DNA of 64,000 nucleotides from an uncultured Acidobacteriaceae bacterium (GTDB lineage Bacteria; Acidobacteriota; Terriglobia; Acidiferrales; UBA7541), in contig CAZCNH010000007.1 of NCBI GenBank assembly GCA_964500065.1, positions 1 through 64,000 of the forward strand, written 5' to 3'. Both the position numbers and the translations under genes were made by a program. Below are positions 47,325-56,464 of the stretch, in pieces; the stretch's first letter is position 1, and every line of letters begins with the position of its first letter. The notes below the pieces were generated by a model. The model was not told the origin of the DNA and ran no database searches. It was given only the letters and a program-made list of their open reading frames with translations.

Positions 47325-49238
47325 TTGACCATGCAGGGGCCAACGGAACGTCACATAGCTCCAACAAACGGCTCGGGAAATTCCAAAGCAAATGGCCATG
47401 GCGCCGGCGCGAACGGCAGCCGGCCAGCCTATGCCCCACCGCCCGGCGGCGGCAAGTTGATCGTGCTCACCGCTCCGCTCACCGAGTCCATTGATCATGC
47501 CGGGTACTTCATCCAGATGGCCCTGGCTTCCCTGCCGGAGTGGATGGAATTTGTTCTCAATAAGAAGTACCCGAAATGGCGCGATGTGGAGCGCGAAGCT
47601 GACGGAGCTGCGCGCTACATGCCCGCGGGTGTTCGAGTTCTGGAAAAATCCTTGCTGCGTGAATTCCCGGAAGGCGATGTTGTCGCCTGCTTTCCCGATG
47701 ACCTGGACAAGTTTGTTGGCCCGCGCACCCGGGTCGTGGCGGTTTCCACACACAATCCGCTGGGCGTGACCTTTGCCGCGGGCGTTTACACCTCGATTTT
47801 CGGCTCGTCGAAAATGCCGCTGAACTCCATCTACTCGCGCAAAATGTTTGCTCAGATCAAGCAGCACCCCAACCGCGAGAATTTCCAGGTGATGGTGGGC
47901 GGCTCCGGCGGGTGGCAAATTACGCAAACCAACACCTTCGAAGAACTGGGAATTGATTGCGTGGTGGAAGGGCGCAGTGAATCGGCCGATACGATGAAGC
48001 TGTTCCATGATGCTATCGCGGGCAAATCGTTGCCGCGCGAAGTCACCGTGGGCCATCCCACATCGCGCGAAGACATTCTGTTCCCTGACCGCCGCACCAC
48101 CTTCGGCGTCGTCGAGATGACGACGGGCTGCGGCCGCCGCTGCCAATTCTGCGTCCCGGACCTGAATCCGCAGATTGACATGCCCAAGGAACGCATCATG
48201 GAGGCGGTTCGCGCCAACGTGGCCCACGGCAACAAGCAAATATCACTGGCCACCGAAGACATGTTCATCTGGGGCCAGGTCCACAAGGAAACTCCGTTTT
48301 ATTTCCCCAACCGCGAAGCCCTGGTGGATCTCTACAAGTCCATCGTGGATACCCCTGGGGTCGAGCAGCACGTGCTGAGCCACTGCACCATCGCCCCGTT
48401 CGTTGTGGATCCCACGCTGATTCGGCAAATCAGCGAGGCCGTGCTGGACAAGAGTCCCATCCACCTGCCCATGCTGAGCACCCATCCGAAAAAGAAAGCG
48501 CTGTGCCCCCTGATTGGACTGGAAACCGGGTCGGTGCGCATGGCCAAGCAAATCATGCCCAGCAAAGGCGTGCCGTTTTCCATTGAAGATTGGCCCAGCG
48601 TGGTCATCAATGGGTTGAAGGTGGCCAACGAAAATAATTGGTTCCCGATGATGACGCTGATGATCGGCAACCCGGGCGAAACCGATGACGACGTCCGGGA
48701 AACCCTGGATCTGGTCTACGAAATCGAGCGCCGCGGCCTGTTCGCGTTTCTTGTGCCTTCCATCTTCACGCCGCTGCACGATACGCGCATGGAAAAGCAG
48801 GAAGGCATCCGGCAGACGCGACAACTTCGCCCCTTGCAATGGCAGCTCATCATGAAGTGTTGGAAGATGAACCTGCGGCCGGGCCAATACAGTTGGTGGG
48901 GACCGACGGCATGGCGCGTAGGTTCTCTCGCCATGTGGCTGAAACGCCTGCGTAAACTCAATGGCCCGAACTTCACCTGGCCGTTGCTGATGTTCGCCGG
49001 GCTGGCGCCGGAAAAGCTCCTGGACATGATGGGCAAGATCTACCTGGGCAAGCCCATCAAAGTGAAAACCCGCAAAGAATTGCTGGCCACGCTCAAGCCC
49101 CACCACCTGCGGCACATGCGGCCGGATAACGGCGATTTACCCGAGGGCTTCGAGCAGATGATCGCCAGCGCTCCGCCCGCGGGTCGCGTGGATGTTACGT
49201 TGGCCAGCCTTGGCGCTTCCGCCGGAGCCTCCGACTAA
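47325..49238 (+). CDS. B12-binding domain radical SAM protein, second paralogue-like gene, with N/G/H-rich N-terminal tail
   Basis: CxxxCxxC motif TGCGRRCQFCVP; B12-binding-like N-domain; AAGGAG RBS before TTG 47325 / ATG 47331. Confidence 0.8.
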   Translation: MTMQGPTERHIAPTNGSGNSKANGHGAGANGSRPAYAPPPGGGKLIVLTAPLTESIDHAGYFIQMALASLPEWMEFVLNKKYPKWRDVEREADGAARYMPAGVRVLEKSLLREFPEGDVVACFPDDLDKFVGPRTRVVAVSTHNPLGVTFAAGVYTSIFGSSKMPLNSIYSRKMFAQIKQHPNRENFQVMVGGSGGWQITQTNTFEELGIDCVVEGRSESADTMKLFHDAIAGKSLPREVTVGHPTSREDILFPDRRTTFGVVEMTTGCGRRCQFCVPDLNPQIDMPKERIMEAVRANVAHGNKQISLATEDMFIWGQVHKETPFYFPNREALVDLYKSIVDTPGVEQHVLSHCTIAPFVVDPTLIRQISEAVLDKSPIHLPMLSTHPKKKALCPLIGLETGSVRMAKQIMPSKGVPFSIEDWPSVVINGLKVANENNWFPMMTLMIGNPGETDDDVRETLDLVYEIERRGLFAFLVPSIFTPLHDTRMEKQEGIRQTRQLRPLQWQLIMKCWKMNLRPGQYSWWGPTAWRVGSLAMWLKRLRKLNGPNFTWPLLMFAGLAPEKLLDMMGKIYLGKPIKVKTRKELLATLKPHHLRHMRPDNGDLPEGFEQMIASAPPAGRVDVTLASLGASAGASD

Positions 49239-49317
49239 AGAGTCCCTCCGAGCGCTCTCACAAAACCTCTCCACCATTTGTTAGGATGTACCTGCTTTTT
49301 CTCGGGGCGCCACTTCC

Positions 49318-50484
49318 ATGTCCATTCGCAAAGTTATCTTCTGGACTCACTTGACCTTTGGCGTAACGGCGGGAGTCCTTATTCTGCTGATGAGCGCAAC
49401 CGGCGCGCTGCTGGCCTTTGCTCCGCAAATCCAGCGCTTGGCCGACCGCCATGCACGCATTGTTGCCCCGCCGGCCCCGGATGCCGCGCGGCTTGGTCCG
49501 GACGAGTTGTTTGCCAAAGTACGTGAAGCCCGTCCAGGTGCGAGTCTCGACGGAATCTCCTGGGAAGAAGACCGCACGGTGGCCGCAACGGTCACGCTCG
49601 GCCGGGAAAGTATCTACGTTAATCCTTACACGGCAGAGATTGTGGGCGCCCCTGTACAAGGCGTCCGCAATTTCTTCCGTACCGTAACCGACTGGCACCG
49701 TTCGCTCGGCATGCAGGGAGAAAAACGCAACACTGCGCGAATGTTCACCGGCGCTGCGAACCTTGCATTCTTCGGTCTAGCGCTCAGCGGAATCACCATC
49801 TGGTGGCCGAGGACATGGACGCGGGCACATCTTCGGCCCGCGGCTATATTCCAATCCGGCCTTCGCGGAAAATCGCGTGACTGGAACTGGCACAACGTTG
49901 TGGGCTTCTGGATGTGGCCCGTTCTGTTAATCCTGACTTCAACAGGTGTGGTGCTTTCCTATTCCTGGGCCAACAACCTGCTGTATACGTTGACCGGGAG
50001 TCCACTGCCTATGCAAGGCCCAGCCCCGGCCCAATCCCCTCGGGAAGCGGCGTCAGTTCCCGCTGTCGAGCCCAAAAGCCTGAACGAGCTTTGGAAGCGC
50101 GCGGATGCGCAAGCCCCCGGCTGGCGCATGATGCAGATGCGCATCCCGGCGAAGGCCGGCGACCCCGTAGTGTTCATTCTGCGGGAGAGCGGCACTTGGT
50201 CGGAATTTCAGCGGTCGCAATTGCTGCTCGATCGCGCCACGGGCGAAGTGGTTCGCTGGGAACCCTACGCCGGCCTGAGCGCTGGAAGAAGGTTGCGCAC
50301 TTGGTTTCGCTTCTCGCACACCGGCGAAATGGGCGGCATCGTCGGGCAGTTGCTCGCAGGGTTGGCCTGTGTGGGTGGAATGCTTTTGGTGTATACAGGA
50401 ATCTCGCTTGCGCTGCGGCGCCTTATTGCCTGGGTCGGCCGCCGCAAAGGTCAGGCTGTTCCCGCTGCCGTTCCGATCGAATGA
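49318..50484 (+). CDS. PepSY-associated TM helix domain membrane protein (PiuB-like)
   Basis: N-terminus MSIRKVIFWTHLTFGVTAGVLILLMSATGALLAF and overall topology typical of PepSY_TM proteins. Confidence 0.75.
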   Translation: MSIRKVIFWTHLTFGVTAGVLILLMSATGALLAFAPQIQRLADRHARIVAPPAPDAARLGPDELFAKVREARPGASLDGISWEEDRTVAATVTLGRESIYVNPYTAEIVGAPVQGVRNFFRTVTDWHRSLGMQGEKRNTARMFTGAANLAFFGLALSGITIWWPRTWTRAHLRPAAIFQSGLRGKSRDWNWHNVVGFWMWPVLLILTSTGVVLSYSWANNLLYTLTGSPLPMQGPAPAQSPREAASVPAVEPKSLNELWKRADAQAPGWRMMQMRIPAKAGDPVVFILRESGTWSEFQRSQLLLDRATGEVVRWEPYAGLSAGRRLRTWFRFSHTGEMGGIVGQLLAGLACVGGMLLVYTGISLALRRLIAWVGRRKGQAVPAAVPIE

Positions 50485-50491
50485 GGTTGCC

Positions 50492-51685
50492 ATGAACCGA
50501 AGGCTGACTACTATCCTTGTTATCTCTGCGTTGCTGGCGATTTCTCCCTCCGCGGGCGCCCAATCGTGGCCGACGAAATCCTGGCCTGCGGCAAAGCTCA
50601 ACGACGTGGGCGTCGATCCGGCGCCGCTCGACCGGCTCGACGCGGAGATTCGCGCCGGCAAGCATGGCTACGTGGACAGCTTCACAGTGCTTCGCTGCGG
50701 CAGGCTGGTTTACGACAAGAATTACGCGCACGACTACGACCAGATTTACGGCGAGCGCGCAAAAACTCCCGGCCCGCTCAATCACGACCCCGCCGGACAG
50801 TACAACTACTTCAATCCGGATTGGCACCCGTTCTACAAACGCGGCGAACTGCACTCCATGCAGTCCATCACCAAGACGGTAACCAGCGTGATTATCGGCG
50901 TGGCCATTGCCCGCGGCGACTTTCCTCCTGTCACTACACCGATGCTGAAGTTCTTTGACCCGGACAAAGTAAAAAACGTTGACGAACGAAAACGCCGCGT
51001 CACCATCGAGCACTTGCTCACCATGACCGCCGGGATGGAGTGGAATGAGAATCTTCCCTACACCGACCCCAGGAACTCTGCCGACTTGATGGAAGCCAGC
51101 CACGATTGGGTGCAATACGCCATAGATCAACCTATGGTGCGGGAGCCGGGCGCCCTGTTCAATTACAGCAGTGGTTCCTCGCAAATCCTCTCCCACATTT
51201 TCAAGCAAGCTACCGGCCGCGACATTAGCGACTATGCGGCGGAATACTTGTTCAAGCCGATGGGAATTATCCACTATTGGAAGCGCACGCCGACCGGCCT
51301 GTCGGACACCGAAGGCGGCCTGTACCTTCGCGGTCACGACCTCGCAAAGATCGGCTATCTCTACCTGACCAATGGAATCTGGGATGGTAAGCAACTGGTG
51401 CGCCCGGAGTGGGTGAAGGAATCCGTCGCCCCGCGCACCACGGTGGATGGGGGCCCGGTGCAATACGGCTACAAATGGTGGCTCCCGCCCTATGGCCCCA
51501 ATAAAACCCTGGCCTGGACGGGCAGCGGTTTCGGCGGTCAACGTCTGGTGGTACTTCCGAAAGAGGGCATGGTGATTGTCACCACGGGCTGGACGACCCT
51601 TGCCGCTCCCATTGGAGCGCGCGTTCTGTTAGACGCGGGCCACGCCGCTGCGCAGCCATTTTCCTGCGCCGCTAAAGCGAAATAG
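50492..51685 (+). CDS. beta-lactamase-family serine hydrolase (secreted)
   Basis: Signal peptide MNRRLTTILVISALLAISPSAGAQS; active-site SxxK SITK; YxN-like motif; GAGG RBS before ATG 50492. Confidence 0.8.
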   Translation: MNRRLTTILVISALLAISPSAGAQSWPTKSWPAAKLNDVGVDPAPLDRLDAEIRAGKHGYVDSFTVLRCGRLVYDKNYAHDYDQIYGERAKTPGPLNHDPAGQYNYFNPDWHPFYKRGELHSMQSITKTVTSVIIGVAIARGDFPPVTTPMLKFFDPDKVKNVDERKRRVTIEHLLTMTAGMEWNENLPYTDPRNSADLMEASHDWVQYAIDQPMVREPGALFNYSSGSSQILSHIFKQATGRDISDYAAEYLFKPMGIIHYWKRTPTGLSDTEGGLYLRGHDLAKIGYLYLTNGIWDGKQLVRPEWVKESVAPRTTVDGGPVQYGYKWWLPPYGPNKTLAWTGSGFGGQRLVVLPKEGMVIVTTGWTTLAAPIGARVLLDAGHAAAQPFSCAAKAK

Positions 51686-51697
51686 CGCGGGCAGTTC

Positions 51698-52021
51698 TCA
51701 GTTGCGCTTTATGGCCGTGAAAATAAGGAAGAGTATGGCCGCCGACAGAAGCACCATCAGAACTACAGGTGCGTCGCCGCCGGTGCTGCGGCTAACAATA
51801 GCCGCGGCCAGTATCCCACCCAGGAGTACTGCGAGAAGCAAGAAAAAGGCCGGCGGTGTCTTCGCGGCGGTCTGCTCCTGCGCAACCTTCAATGCCTGGC
51901 GCAATTCCATACCGTCCACCGCGCCATGTTCTCGCCGATAAGCCTCGATCGTTTCGGCAATCTTGCGCCCAAGCTGCTGGGCCCGGGGCGACACCGAGTG
52001 CGACACATGAATGGGGATCAC
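51698..52021 (-). CDS. small hypothetical membrane protein
   Basis: Two predicted TM helices in the C-terminal half; no other support. Confidence 0.3.
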   Translation of the reverse strand: MIPIHVSHSVSPRAQQLGRKIAETIEAYRREHGAVDGMELRQALKVAQEQTAAKTPPAFFLLLAVLLGGILAAAIVSRSTGGDAPVVLMVLLSAAILFLIFTAIKRN

Positions 52022-52124
52022 AGGGCTTCTCCTCCGGGCGGGCGGCTGGATCTCATTCTATACTACGGGCGTGCGCGGCTCTTTGTGTCAGGGCAAGCCG
52101 CGTGGCTACGGGAGATACCAGCCA

Positions 52125-53096
52125 ATGCAGCAGCGTATTTTGGGAAGAACGAATCTGGAAATCAGCGCAATTGGGCATGGCTTGTGGGGCATGAGCAACT
52201 GGACCGGCTCGGACGACGCCGAATCCCGCGCCGCCCTGCAACACGCCGCGCATCTCGGTTGCAATTTTTTCGACACCGCCTGGGCTTACGGCAAAGGCAA
52301 GAGCGACCGCTTCCTGGGCGAACTGCTGCGTGCAAATCCCGGCAAACGCCTGCACGCGGCTTCGAAAGTTCCCCCGAAAAACGGAAAATGGCCGGGCAGC
52401 CCTGCGGACTCCATCGAAGCAACCTTCCCCATGGACCACGTTCTGGAATACGCCGACCGCATCTGCGAGGCGCTGGATACCAAGACCATTGACCTGCTGC
52501 AATACCACGTGTGGAGCGATGCCTGGGCGGAAACGGACACCTTTCGCAAAACCGTTGAGCGGCTCAAGAGCGAAAGACGCATCCGCTATTTCGGCCTGAG
52601 CCTGAACCGCTGGGAACCGGAAAACGGGACTCGCGCACTTCGCACCGGCCTGGTGGATGTGGTGCAAGTGATCTACAACATCTTTGACCAGGCTCCCGAA
52701 GATGAACTGCTGCCCCTGTGTAAGGAGTTGAACATCGGCGTGATCGCCCGCGTGCCGCTGGATGAAGGCAGCCTGGCAGGGACCTTTACTCGCGATACCA
52801 GGTTTCCCCGTGAAGACTGGCGCGCCAATTATTTCAATCCGCAGAACCTGGTGGAAACGGTTGAGCGCGTCGAAAAACTGCGCCGCCTGCTGCCGCAGGG
52901 GATGAACATGGCGGAAATGGCCCTGCGCTTTATCCTGTCGAACCCCGTGGTGAGCACCACGATTGTCGGCATGCGCCGCGCTTCTCACGTGGAAGCAAAC
53001 CTGCGCGCAGGCGATGGCGTGCCGCTTGCCGCTTCCCTGCTGAGCGAACTGCGCGCCCACCGCTGGGACCGCCGGCCAGCAACGTGGTCAGCCTGA
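52125..53096 (+). CDS. aldo/keto reductase
   Basis: MQQRILGRTNLEISAIGHGLWGM...FFDTAWAYG AKR N-terminal signature; GGGAG RBS before ATG 52125. Confidence 0.85.
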   Translation: MQQRILGRTNLEISAIGHGLWGMSNWTGSDDAESRAALQHAAHLGCNFFDTAWAYGKGKSDRFLGELLRANPGKRLHAASKVPPKNGKWPGSPADSIEATFPMDHVLEYADRICEALDTKTIDLLQYHVWSDAWAETDTFRKTVERLKSERRIRYFGLSLNRWEPENGTRALRTGLVDVVQVIYNIFDQAPEDELLPLCKELNIGVIARVPLDEGSLAGTFTRDTRFPREDWRANYFNPQNLVETVERVEKLRRLLPQGMNMAEMALRFILSNPVVSTTIVGMRRASHVEANLRAGDGVPLAASLLSELRAHRWDRRPATWSA

Positions 53097-53113
53097 TAGT
53101 GCGCCCTTTCTGG

Positions 53114-53839
53114 TTATTTCACCGCGGTCCCCAGCGTGTCGTGGTGGGAGCGGATCAGCGTGCGCAGGTAGGGGCCGATTTGAGATACGGATTGGAAGCC
53201 CGCGGCGCGGGCAGCTTCTTCCTGTTTTTCCGCGGGGATGTCCGCTGATTCCGCATAGTGTTTCAAGTCGCGGTAAACACCAATCGTGTAACAGTCCCAC
53301 GCTGCGCCCATATCGCGCATGAAGATGAGATTTTCCGGCCGGCCGAGGTATTTCTGGTAAGCATTTTCCATCTGGCGTTCGCGGCGCAATTCACCTTGCA
53401 GGCGCGGCAAAGCGATGAACATCTCCACGTGGTAGAAATTTCCTGAAGTCATCACCGAACGCACCTCTTCCACCGGCGGTCCCCACACAAACACATCTTC
53501 CTGCCAGGCGATGGCGTCCCGCAGCCGCCCTGGGGCGACGGCGAATGACTTTTCGCGCTTTTCCACTCGTTTCTCAGAGAAATAATCCATGTAACTGCCG
53601 ATGGGGGTGAGCAGCAGCAAATCCCAGTGGTCGCCCTGGGAGTGGCGGATCATCCACGTCGGCGGCTCGCCGATTCCCTGCTCCGCGGCGGTGCGCGCTT
53701 TCAATTGATCAATCAGCCACAGCAGTTGCCCCGGCGCGGCCTGAATCAGCGTGGTGCGATAAAGGTATTGCTGCGGGGCTTGCGCAAATCCCGGCGCGGC
53801 AAAGCAAACCAACAGGCAGACGATCATCACGCGGTGCAT
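53114..53839 (-). CDS. secreted hypothetical protein
   Basis: Signal peptide MHRVMIVCLLVCFAAPGFAQA; no recognisable domain. Confidence 0.5.
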   Translation of the reverse strand: MHRVMIVCLLVCFAAPGFAQAPQQYLYRTTLIQAAPGQLLWLIDQLKARTAAEQGIGEPPTWMIRHSQGDHWDLLLLTPIGSYMDYFSEKRVEKREKSFAVAPGRLRDAIAWQEDVFVWGPPVEEVRSVMTSGNFYHVEMFIALPRLQGELRRERQMENAYQKYLGRPENLIFMRDMGAAWDCYTIGVYRDLKHYAESADIPAEKQEEAARAAGFQSVSQIGPYLRTLIRSHHDTLGTAVK

Positions 53840-53899
53840 CGCTGAGCCTCCCAATGGAGACAAGCTTACACCAGGAAGCGTCTGCGTCTCCGGTGCCGG

Positions 53900-56170
53900 C
53901 TAGGCTACCGGTTGCTCCGTCTCCGTCCGGCACTTCTTGCACAGGTATTCGAAATTGGGATTGGAAAGAATCCATTCGTTCCGGCAGGTCGCGCAGTTCT
54001 CGGGTGAACGCCGGTCGCAATCGGCGCAGTGGTCATCGCAGGGCGGCTCTTCCTGCAAATACACGTCGAACGGGAGCAAGGTGCGGCAGCGCGCGCATTC
54101 AATCGCGGAAAGCCGCGTGCTCAGTTCCGGCCGCAGCACCGGTTTCCAGTGACGCCGTTCATACATCTCGGCCACGCGTTGCGCGATATGCTCCGCGGTC
54201 AAGCCGAAGTGCTGCACCAGTTCCCAGGGCTTGCCCGACAAGCCGAAACAATCTTTCACGCCGATCTGGTCGAAAACCAGCGGGCGATCGCTGTGCGGCC
54301 GGGCTCGCAGGATCGCGCCGGAAACAATATTGCCGAAGCCGCCGACCTGATGTTCTTCGGCGGTTACAATGACCTGCGTTTCCTCCGCCGCGGCCACCAG
54401 TGCGGCCACGTCCAGCGGCTTCACCGTATGCAGGTTCAGGACTCGGGTGTGCAGGCCATATTCTTCTTTCAGGATCCAGGCGGCGCGCATGGCCTCAGGA
54501 ACCATGGGACCGCAAGCCACGATGCACGCATCTTCGTTCTCGTTCTTCGCTTCCAGGGAAAGCACGCTTTCGAAGGCGTCCACAAAGCGCGCCTTTGCCC
54601 CGCGATAGCGGACCACGTTGGCGATGCCGAAACGCCACGGGGTCTGCGGCGTGGTGACAATCGGCGTGGCTTCGCGCGCAAACCGCAGGTAGGCCGGGCC
54701 ATGCAAATCGAGCAGGCAATATTTGGTGGCGCGCTCGGTTTCCACCGAATCACACGGCACCACCAGGTGCATGTTCGGCAGAATGCTCATCAGGCTGATC
54801 TCTTCCAGCGACTGATGGGTCGCGCCGTCCGGGCCCACGCTGATGCCACCATGGGCTCCGGCAATTTTCACGTTCAAGTTGGAGTAGCAAATCGTGGTGC
54901 GGATCTGGTCCCAGGCGCGGCCGGAGGCGAACACCCCATAGGTCCCGGTCACCGGGATCAATCCTTCGCGCGCCAGTCCCGCGGCCACGCTCATCATGTT
55001 CTGTTCGGCGATGCCTACGCTGAATACGCGCGGCATCCGTTCGGGATGCTTGGCTTCGAAGTCGGTGATGCGGATCGAGCCGGAAATATCCGCATGGATA
55101 GTGACCACGCGCTCGTCTTCCCCGGCCTTCTCGAGGCCGCGGCCAAAGCCCATGCGCGTTGGGTCCAGATCCACTTTCATGTTGTCCTGTCCGTTCCACC
55201 AGTAATCTTTCCGGTACTCGGGGATGCCGTTGCGCTCCTTTTCGGTCACCTGGCGGGCGTTTAGCGCTGCGCGCTCCACCAGAGCATCCACCCGTTCACG
55301 CGGGACGGCCGGGCAAAGAAGTTCGGCGATGGCTTTGTCAAATTGCTCGCGGCTGGGCGCCACGCCGTGCCACCCGGCCTGGTTTTCCATGAAGCTGACG
55401 CCCTTTCCCTTTATGGTCCGGGCCAGAATCATTGCCGGCTTTCCCTTGATGCTCGCGGCTTTTTCATACGCGGCTACCACCTGTTCCATGTCGTGCCCGT
55501 CAATTTCGATCACTTCCCAGCCAAACGCCCGGTACTTGTCACCGAGGGGATCCACATTCATCACGTCGCTCACTCGGCCGTCAATCTGCAATTCGTTCTT
55601 GTCCACCACCGCGCACAGGTTGTCCAGCTTGTAGTGGCCGGCCGCCATCACCGCTTCCCAGACGCTTCCTTCCTGATGCTCCCCATCGCCCAGAATGCAG
55701 TACACGCGGTTGGTTCGTCCCTTCAGCCGGGCAGAAAGTGCGCTGCCGACGGCAATGCCCAGTCCCTGCCCCAGCGAGCCGCTGGAAACTTCCACGCCGG
55801 GAACCTTCAAACGATTCGGATGCCCTTCGAATGGGCAGCCCAACTGGCGCAAAAGAACCACGTCGTCGAGCAGGAAATAGCCAGCGCGGCCGAGCGCAAC
55901 GTATAAGGCGGGTGCCTTGTGTCCGGCCGACCAGAAGACGCGGTCACGCCCCGCCCATTCCGGTTCCTTGGGGTCGTGATTCAGCACACGCAAGTAAAGC
56001 GCAGCGGCCAAATCCATGATGGAAAGCGTTCCTCCGGGATGCCCTGAACCGGCGGCGTAGATGGCGGTTACGTTGATGGCGCGCATCTCCCGCGCGGCCT
56101 CTTTCAGCTCGGCGACGCTCAAAAACGGCCCGCGGCGCTGGGTGGAACTTACAATTTGAACATGACTCAT
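53900..56170 (-). CDS. transketolase-family protein (fused N- and C-terminal transketolase halves) with a ~90-aa Cys-rich C-terminal extension
   Basis: TPP-binding GSGHPGG and ILGDGEHQEG (GDG-x-E) motifs; pyrimidine-binding and C-terminal TK domains; tail with CARC...CDDHCADC...CATC...CKKC. Confidence 0.8.
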   Translation of the reverse strand: MSHVQIVSSTQRRGPFLSVAELKEAAREMRAINVTAIYAAGSGHPGGTLSIMDLAAALYLRVLNHDPKEPEWAGRDRVFWSAGHKAPALYVALGRAGYFLLDDVVLLRQLGCPFEGHPNRLKVPGVEVSSGSLGQGLGIAVGSALSARLKGRTNRVYCILGDGEHQEGSVWEAVMAAGHYKLDNLCAVVDKNELQIDGRVSDVMNVDPLGDKYRAFGWEVIEIDGHDMEQVVAAYEKAASIKGKPAMILARTIKGKGVSFMENQAGWHGVAPSREQFDKAIAELLCPAVPRERVDALVERAALNARQVTEKERNGIPEYRKDYWWNGQDNMKVDLDPTRMGFGRGLEKAGEDERVVTIHADISGSIRITDFEAKHPERMPRVFSVGIAEQNMMSVAAGLAREGLIPVTGTYGVFASGRAWDQIRTTICYSNLNVKIAGAHGGISVGPDGATHQSLEEISLMSILPNMHLVVPCDSVETERATKYCLLDLHGPAYLRFAREATPIVTTPQTPWRFGIANVVRYRGAKARFVDAFESVLSLEAKNENEDACIVACGPMVPEAMRAAWILKEEYGLHTRVLNLHTVKPLDVAALVAAAEETQVIVTAEEHQVGGFGNIVSGAILRARPHSDRPLVFDQIGVKDCFGLSGKPWELVQHFGLTAEHIAQRVAEMYERRHWKPVLRPELSTRLSAIECARCRTLLPFDVYLQEEPPCDDHCADCDRRSPENCATCRNEWILSNPNFEYLCKKCRTETEQPVA

Positions 56171-56464
56171 AGCAGGCCTCCACGGTGGGGGATAGCGGGA
56201 AATAGCGCGGCTGAAAACATGGTAATGCGAGAAATGCCTGTCAGGCCATGCGCAGATTCTTTGGCGTGGCTGGCGGAGGATTTAACGTAAGCAGCGTAAA
56301 TGGAATAACATAGGGTAGGCCACTCAGCTCGGTGGCGCCAGCTGCGACATCGAATCCCGGCAAAGGCGCGCGTATCCCCTTGCATCACCCGCATTAGAGT
56401 GCAAATCGGCAGCCAGAACCGAAAGAACGGCCTCCGAGCCAACCTGGGCAGGCCGCCAACCGCG

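Noticed and set aside
56171-56464. Possible TPP riboswitch upstream of the transketolase-family gene
   Set aside because: No CTGAGA / ACCTGATCTGGATAATGCCAGCG-like TPP aptamer elements found in the 290-bp leader.
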